From the NCBI GenBank assembly GCA_013359235.1, contig JABWCE010000007.1:26609-90608 (forward strand): a stretch of 64,000 nucleotides of DNA, written 5' to 3'. Source of the stretch: Bacteroidota bacterium. Lineage in GTDB: Bacteria; Bacteroidota; Bacteroidia; NS11-12g; UBA9320. Shown here piece after piece: positions 58,876 through 64,000 of this stretch. The number at the start of each line of letters is the position of its first letter. Within the stretch, counting starts at the first letter, position 1. The position numbers and the translations under genes are program-made. Under the pieces are notes generated by a model. That model had not been told where the DNA came from, searched no databases, and was given only the letters and a program-made list of their open reading frames with translations.

Positions 58876-60546
58876 TTAACCGTTCATGCTGTTTAAAAAC
58901 TCCATGTTGTCTTTTGTGCTTTCCATGTGTTTTAGCATTGTATTCATGCTTTCTTCGGGATTCATATCAGCCATATAGTTTCTTAAAATCCACATTTTTT
59001 GCAAAACGCCTTTGTCTAACAATAAATCTTCGCGGCGAGTACCTGATGAAATGATATCTATTGCCGGATATATGCGTTTGTTACTCAATTTGCGGTCTAA
59101 CTGCAATTCCATATTGCCGGTTCCTTTAAATTCTTCAAAAATAACTTCATCCATTTTTGAGCCGGTTTCGGTAAGAGCAGTGGCAATTATAGTTAAAGAA
59201 CCTCCAAATTCTATTTTACGAGCTGCACCAAAAAACCTCTTTGGTTTTTGCAAAGCATTTGCATCTACACCACCTGATAGAATTTTGCCTGAAGCAGGTT
59301 GAACAGTGTTATAAGCTCTTGCCAAACGTGTAATTGAATCGAGTAAAATCACTACATCGTGTCCGCATTCTGTAAGTCGTTTTGCTTTTTCGAGTACAAT
59401 ATTTGCAAGTTTTACATGTTTGTCAGCAGGTTCATCAAAGGTGCTTGCAACTACTTCGGCTTTCACGCTTCTTGCCATGTCTGTTACCTCTTCAGGGCGT
59501 TCATCAACTAATAGAATAATCATATAAACCTCAGGATGATTAGCAGCAATTGCATTAGCAAGCCCTTTTAACAATGTTGTTTTACCGGTTTTGGGTTGTG
59601 CAACAATTAAGCCTCTTTGCCCCTTTCCTATAGGCGAAATCATGTCAATAATTCTATTTGAAAAATGACGTGGATTATCGCACAAATTCAATTTTTCTTC
59701 AGGAAATAGCGGAGTTAAATGCTCAAATGAAACGCGGTCTCTAACCATTTCGGGGCTTTTTCCGTTTATTGTTTCAACTTTTATCAGAGCAAAGTATTTT
59801 TCACCTTCTTTGGGAGGTCTAATTGTACCTTTTACAGTATCGCCTGTACGTAGCCCGTGATGTTTTATTTGTGAGGGTGAAATATAAACATCATCAGGTG
59901 ATGGCATATAATTGTAATCAGACGAACGCAAAAATCCATATCCATCGGGTATAACTTCGAGTACGCCTTGTGTTGTTACATTGCCTTCTGTTTCAAGAAA
60001 GTTTATTAAAGCTTCGTCAAATAATTTTTGATTTTTCTGCTGTTCTTGTCTTGTATTTTCGTTTCGCTGGGGTTGCTGCACTTGTTCAGCAATTACTAAT
60101 TCTTTCTCTTCAGGTACTTCATTGGCTAAAGGCATTTCGAAAGTATCATTTATAATTGTTTCACTTTCGGTACTTGTTTCTTCTGTAATAAGCTCCGGAA
60201 GCGGTTCAGATTCTATTACTTTTTTATTTCTTTTGCGTTTTTTTTGTTCAGGATCAGTTGTTGTTTCTTCAATAATGGGTAATTCAATACTTGGCTCTTG
60301 AATTATTTCTTTTTCATTATCGTTTTTTTCTGTTTTTGCCTTAGTTTTTTTGGCTTTTGCAGGTTTTTTTTCTTCTAATGGCGGTTCTACAGTTTGGTTT
60401 GGACCAAAAAGAAATTTTTCTTGTTCAGATATGATGTAATTTATCAAATCGTCTTTAGAACTTTTTTTATCTTCTATGCCAAGTGCTGCAGCAATTTCGT
60501 TGAGTTCTGCAATTGACATAAGTTCGAGTGATTCACGCTTAAACAT
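58876..60546 (-). CDS. rho: transcription termination factor Rho with extended N-terminal insertion
   Basis: 556 aa. N-terminal SAP-like region, ~130-aa acidic/low-complexity insertion, OB-fold RNA-binding domain, and RecA-like domain with [15 protein letters not shown]. Confidence 0.9.
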   Translation of the reverse strand: MFKRESLELMSIAELNEIAAALGIEDKKSSKDDLINYIISEQEKFLFGPNQTVEPPLEEKKPAKAKKTKAKTEKNDNEKEIIQEPSIELPIIEETTTDPEQKKRKRNKKVIESEPLPELITEETSTESETIINDTFEMPLANEVPEEKELVIAEQVQQPQRNENTRQEQQKNQKLFDEALINFLETEGNVTTQGVLEVIPDGYGFLRSSDYNYMPSPDDVYISPSQIKHHGLRTGDTVKGTIRPPKEGEKYFALIKVETINGKSPEMVRDRVSFEHLTPLFPEEKLNLCDNPRHFSNRIIDMISPIGKGQRGLIVAQPKTGKTTLLKGLANAIAANHPEVYMIILLVDERPEEVTDMARSVKAEVVASTFDEPADKHVKLANIVLEKAKRLTECGHDVVILLDSITRLARAYNTVQPASGKILSGGVDANALQKPKRFFGAARKIEFGGSLTIIATALTETGSKMDEVIFEEFKGTGNMELQLDRKLSNKRIYPAIDIISSGTRREDLLLDKGVLQKMWILRNYMADMNPEESMNTMLKHMESTKDNMEFLNSMNG

Positions 60547-60695
60547 GAAATATATAAATTAAAGAATTATTATTTGTTGTTTTAATACTAAACTAAAATT
60601 GGATTTGTCGAAATAAGGAATTTTTGATTTTTTCCTAAGACGCAGCAAATTTGAAATATTTTTTTTATTAAAACAAGAAAAAAAAATTTTGACTT

Positions 60696-60748
60696 AAGAT
60701 TACAAAACCCCAATTGTGCTTTTTTGGGTGAATTTAGCACAATTAGGG
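60696..60748 (-). terminator. hairpin terminator after trxA / in the rho leader region
   Basis: CCCCAATTGTGCT-N15-AGCACAATTAGGG stem (one mismatch), followed on the minus strand by GGGGTTTTGT. About 150 nt upstream of rho. Confidence 0.45.
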
Positions 60749-60770
60749 TTTATTATTTTTTAGAATATGA

Positions 60771-61070
60771 TTAAGAAAATTTAGAAATAATCATTTGTAA
60801 TTCACTTGAAGAAACTACTCCTGATTGCCTCCATTTTGCTTCACCATTTTTAAATAGAATAAGCGTAGGAACGCCTTGTATCTGATATGTTAAAGCTATT
60901 GAAGGGTTGCGGTCAACATCAATTTTTATAATTTTTGCTTTATCGCCAACTTTTCCCTTTAAATCTTCAAGTATGGGTTTCATTGTTTTGCAAGGTCCGC
61001 ACCATTCTGCATAAAAATCAACCAAAACAGGAATATTTTCATTAATAATTTGCGAAAAACTTGATTTCAT
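60771..61070 (-). CDS. trxA: thioredoxin
   Basis: 99 aa with WCGPC active site. Confidence 0.85.
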   Translation of the reverse strand: MKSSFSQIINENIPVLVDFYAEWCGPCKTMKPILEDLKGKVGDKAKIIKIDVDRNPSIALTYQIQGVPTLILFKNGEAKWRQSGVVSSSELQMIISKFS

Positions 61071-61076
61071 GACTAT

Positions 61077-61532
61077 CTAATTATTTAAAATTATACTATT
61101 GGCAATTTCAATATGAGGTATCAATGAAATTTTTGAATTTATTGAATTTGAAATTAAACAAGCTTTTTCTGATTTTTCAAGTATTCGGTTTGCTTTTTCA
61201 ATATCTTCGCTTTTTATAATAGTTAATTTTGGTTCTAAAATCACTTCAGACATTACAAATTTTCCATCAACTTGCTCAAGTTTTCCTTTTGAGTTGCATG
61301 AAAAACTTTCGAATTCAAGTTTTGAGTTTTCGGCTATGGCAAGAAATGTAGTCATATAACAACTGCTAACTGCTGCGGTAAACAAATGTTCGGGAGACCA
61401 AATTCCTTCTATTCCTTTGTTGAATTGAGGTGGTGTTGCTACTTCAATTTTTGTAATTAACTCAGGCGATTCTAACTCACCAATTCTGTCATTTTTCCAA
61501 TTAACGTTTACGTTATAATAATGTGGTTCCAT
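61077..61532 (-). CDS. OsmC/Ohr-family peroxiredoxin-like protein
   Basis: 151 aa with two conserved Cys regions (AAVSSCYM..., EKACLISN). Confidence 0.8.
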   Translation of the reverse strand: MEPHYYNVNVNWKNDRIGELESPELITKIEVATPPQFNKGIEGIWSPEHLFTAAVSSCYMTTFLAIAENSKLEFESFSCNSKGKLEQVDGKFVMSEVILEPKLTIIKSEDIEKANRILEKSEKACLISNSINSKISLIPHIEIANSIILNN

Positions 61533-61546
61533 TTTTTTATTTTATT

Positions 61547-61864
61547 TTATAATTTATTTTGAAGTTTATGCCATGCTCCTCCATTGTGTACTTGCAGAAA
61601 ACCTTTTGATTTTAAAATGCTTTTTGCAGACGCACTTCTCATACCCGATGCACAGCAAGTAATAATGGGTTGATTTTTGTCTTTTAATTTTGAAAGAAAA
61701 CCTGAAAGATTTTCAACAGGTATATTTACCGAATTTTTAATATGCCCTCCAGCAAATTCACCCTTTGATCTTACATCTAAAATTATCCCACCGTTGTTAA
61801 TCAATTCTTTGTAGTCTACTGCGGGTTTTGATAAACCAAAAATATCTAAAATTTTTCTTATCAT
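61547..61864 (-). CDS. single-domain rhodanese-like sulfurtransferase
   Basis: 105 aa. Active-site loop CCASGMRS. Confidence 0.75.
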   Translation of the reverse strand: MIRKILDIFGLSKPAVDYKELINNGGIILDVRSKGEFAGGHIKNSVNIPVENLSGFLSKLKDKNQPIITCCASGMRSASAKSILKSKGFLQVHNGGAWHKLQNKL

Positions 61865-61868
61865 TTTT

Positions 61869-62144
61869 TTAATTAATAAATCCTACAACATCAAGCCACG
61901 AACCGCCATTGTAACATTCAATTGAATGTTGCTGTACAATATCTGTAGCAATTTTGCTTCTTATACCCGAAGCACAACATAATATAACCGGACTGTTCAT
62001 TTCTTTAATTTCGTCAATTCTGTACGGAAGTTCGTTTAATGGTATATTTACCGACCCTTCAACGCATCCAACACAAAACTCGTTTGGAGTTCTTACATCA
62101 ACGATTTTTGCATTTTTGTTTTTAATTAAATTTTCTATGTTCAT
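61869..62144 (-). CDS. single-domain rhodanese-like sulfurtransferase (paralog)
   Basis: 91 aa. Active-site loop CCASGIRS. Confidence 0.75.
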   Translation of the reverse strand: MNIENLIKNKNAKIVDVRTPNEFCVGCVEGSVNIPLNELPYRIDEIKEMNSPVILCCASGIRSKIATDIVQQHSIECYNGGSWLDVVGFIN

Positions 62145-62157
62145 TATATTTTTTATT

Positions 62158-62343
62158 TTATTTTTTAAAAAAACTGAAAACTAATCCCCCCATAACTGCA
62201 CCGTAAATTGATGAAACTATAGGGTTTGATGTTATTGGACAAGTACCAGATGCACATCCAACAAATTTCCAGTAAAAAAAGCCCGAAATTGTTCCAACAA
62301 TAACACCTAAAGTAATAATAATAGTTTTACTTAAACTTTTCAT
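62158..62343 (-). CDS. small membrane protein with GCASGTCP motif
   Basis: 61 aa, two TM helices flanking a CxxxxC motif. Heads the rhodanese pair. Confidence 0.4.
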   Translation of the reverse strand: MKSLSKTIIITLGVIVGTISGFFYWKFVGCASGTCPITSNPIVSSIYGAVMGGLVFSFFKK

Positions 62344-62402
62344 TTCCTCAAATTTTATGATGCAAAATTAGAGCATGTATTTTGCTCAAATAGGAACAAT
62401 TG

Positions 62403-63014
62403 TTACAATTCGAAAGTTTTTTTAAGAATTTTTATTTTATTTCTTCCGGTTTCAATTATACCGAGTTTTTTTAGTTTTTTAAGCAATCTTGTAGCAGATT
62501 CACGTTGTATATTCAGTTCTCGTGCTATTTCTTCGTGACTTACATGTAAAACATCGTTTCTTGTTGCATTTGCCCTATGTAAAAGATATTTTAAAATTCT
62601 GTTGTCAAGATTGTTAAAAGCTATATCATCTATTACATTAAGCAATTTTTCAAATCTTTTTTGGTAAGAAAGACCAATGAAATCCCTCCATTCTGAAAAT
62701 TTCTGCCATTCTTCGTATTTGCTTACGGGTATTGCCCAAATCTGTGTATTTTCTTCGGCTATAGTTTTTACTTCGCTTGTACGATAATTTGAGCAACAAG
62801 TAAGCGATAAAGCACATGTTTCGCCAGGCATAATATGGTAAAGAAAAATTTCATTTCCATCATCGTCTTGTCTAACTACTCTTATGCACCCATTTTTAAC
62901 AATAGGAATAAATTTTATATATTGTCCAGGTTCAATAATGATGTGGTCTTCATCAAATTTTTTAATTTGAACACATTTTTCAAAATCCTGTTTGAGTTCG
63001 GGCGTATTAAACAA
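62403..63014 (-). CDS. Crp/Fnr-family transcriptional regulator
   Basis: 203 aa. cNMP-binding beta-roll, C-terminal HTH (SHEEIARELNIQRESATRLLKKL). Confidence 0.8.
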   Translation of the reverse strand: MFNTPELKQDFEKCVQIKKFDEDHIIIEPGQYIKFIPIVKNGCIRVVRQDDDGNEIFLYHIMPGETCALSLTCCSNYRTSEVKTIAEENTQIWAIPVSKYEEWQKFSEWRDFIGLSYQKRFEKLLNVIDDIAFNNLDNRILKYLLHRANATRNDVLHVSHEEIARELNIQRESATRLLKKLKKLGIIETGRNKIKILKKTFEL

Positions 63015-63035
63015 ATTATTTTATAAATTATTTTT

Positions 63036-63725
63036 TTAAATTACAAATTTATACCCTATGCCTTTTATAGTTGAAATATAACTTTCGCCTATTTTTTCTC
63101 TGATTTTTCGAATATGCACATCAATGGTTCTATCGCCAACAATTACTTCATCACCCCATACGGCTGCTAATATTTTATCTCTGTTAAAAATTATATTTGG
63201 TTTTGAAGCAAGCAGGTAAAGTAAATCAAATTCTTTTTTGGGTAAAAAAATTTTATCGCCCTTTACTGAAACAGAATAAGTACTTTTATCAATTTCAAAA
63301 TCGCTAATTTTAATAAGAGAAAGTTCATTTTCATTTGGTTTATTTCTTTTTAAAATTACTTTTAGCCTGCTTATTAAAGCTCTTGGTTTAATTGGTTTAT
63401 AAATGTAGTCTTCGGCTCCTGCATCAAATCCAGCAAGTTCTGAAAACTCTTCGGAACGAGCTGTAAGAAAAACTACTGATATTTTATCAAACTCCGGGTT
63501 TGATTTTATTTGCCTGCAAGCTTCTATTCCGTCTAATTGAGGCATCATTACATCCATAAGTATTAAATCGGGTTTAAAAATTTTTGCTTTTCTTATAGCT
63601 TCTATACCATTTTTTGCCGAGTCAACAATAAAACTCTCCTTTAATAGCAAGTATTTTATAAATTCAATAATATCATCCTCGTCATCTACAATTAAAATTT
63701 TATTTTTTAGTTCGGTTTCCGACAT
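63036..63725 (-). CDS. OmpR/PhoB-family response regulator
   Basis: 229 aa. Receiver domain (DDEDD, LILMDVMMP, K) and winged-helix output (YKFV end). Confidence 0.85.
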   Translation of the reverse strand: MSETELKNKILIVDDEDDIIEFIKYLLLKESFIVDSAKNGIEAIRKAKIFKPDLILMDVMMPQLDGIEACRQIKSNPEFDKISVVFLTARSEEFSELAGFDAGAEDYIYKPIKPRALISRLKVILKRNKPNENELSLIKISDFEIDKSTYSVSVKGDKIFLPKKEFDLLYLLASKPNIIFNRDKILAAVWGDEVIVGDRTIDVHIRKIREKIGESYISTIKGIGYKFVI

Positions 63726-63741
63726 TAAAGAAACATAAAAT

Positions 63742-64000
63742 TTATTTTAAAATTTCATCGAGTTTTGCTTCGAGGTCAGCACCTCTTAATCCTTTTGCAA
63801 TGACTCTGCCGTTTTTGTCAAGCAAAACTGTAAAGGGAATTGACGAAACTTGATAAATACGTGCTGCCATACTTTGCCACCCTTTTAGGTCGCTTACATG
63901 TATCCAAGTAAGTCCGTCATTTTGTACAGCAGCTTTCCATTTTTCGCTGTTTTCGTCAAGCGAAACTCCAAATATTTCAAACCCTTTGCTTTTGAATTTA
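63742..64000 (-). CDS. TlpA/ResA-like thiol-disulfide oxidoreductase, C-terminal part (continues beyond window end)
   Basis: Reverse translation ...FEIFGVSLDENSEKWKAAVQNDGLTWIHVSDLKGWQSMAARIYQVSSIPFTVLLDKNGRVIAKGLRG...EIL-stop is a typical TlpA-family C-terminus. No sensor kinase follows the response regulator. Confidence 0.5.
   Translation of the reverse strand, partial: KFKSKGFEIFGVSLDENSEKWKAAVQNDGLTWIHVSDLKGWQSMAARIYQVSSIPFTVLLDKNGRVIAKGLRGADLEAKLDEILK

Overview
AT-rich segment with Bacteroidota hallmarks: a SusC/SusD pair, a T9SS type-B sorting-domain protein, tandem DUF1573 lipoproteins, an exbB-exbD-exbD-tonB cluster, a Rho with a long N-terminal insertion, and TAnnTTTG -7 promoter motifs. 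Most of the window is housekeeping: rsfS, birA, coaX, murA, grpE-dnaJ, ftsH, S41 protease, kbl, menA/menC, lpxK, radC, rpsT, glyQS, a methylmalonyl-CoA mutase, aat, rho, trxA, and a rhodanese/OsmC/Crp redox cluster. The outstanding region is 1-12240. It holds eleven tightly spaced co-directional genes on the minus strand that look like an anaerobic, ATP-dependent radical/reductase CoA-ester pathway. (1) A four-gene set in bcrCBAD order: two HgdA/B-family subunits plus two unequal BadF/BadG/BcrA/BcrD ATPases, one of which carries a long BcrA/BadF-type insertion. This is the architecture of class-I benzoyl-CoA reductases. (2) A second module: an ADP-forming acyl-CoA synthetase, a lone HgdB-family (DCCP/YjiM-like) subunit, a small Cys-motif protein and an unusual fusion of a ketopantoate-reductase-like domain to an activase ATPase. 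(3) A thiolase and a Zn-dependent alcohol dehydrogenase at the window edge. Other notable items: a single-chain MutA-like/MutB methylmalonyl-CoA mutase overlapping glyQS by 1 nt, a disrupted serine-hydrolase pseudogene, an ACE-like M2 peptidase beside SusC/D with a perfect palindrome in its promoter region, and a PMT/TMTC-like membrane glycosyltransferase-TPR fusion. No rRNA, tRNA or CRISPR features were recognised by eye.
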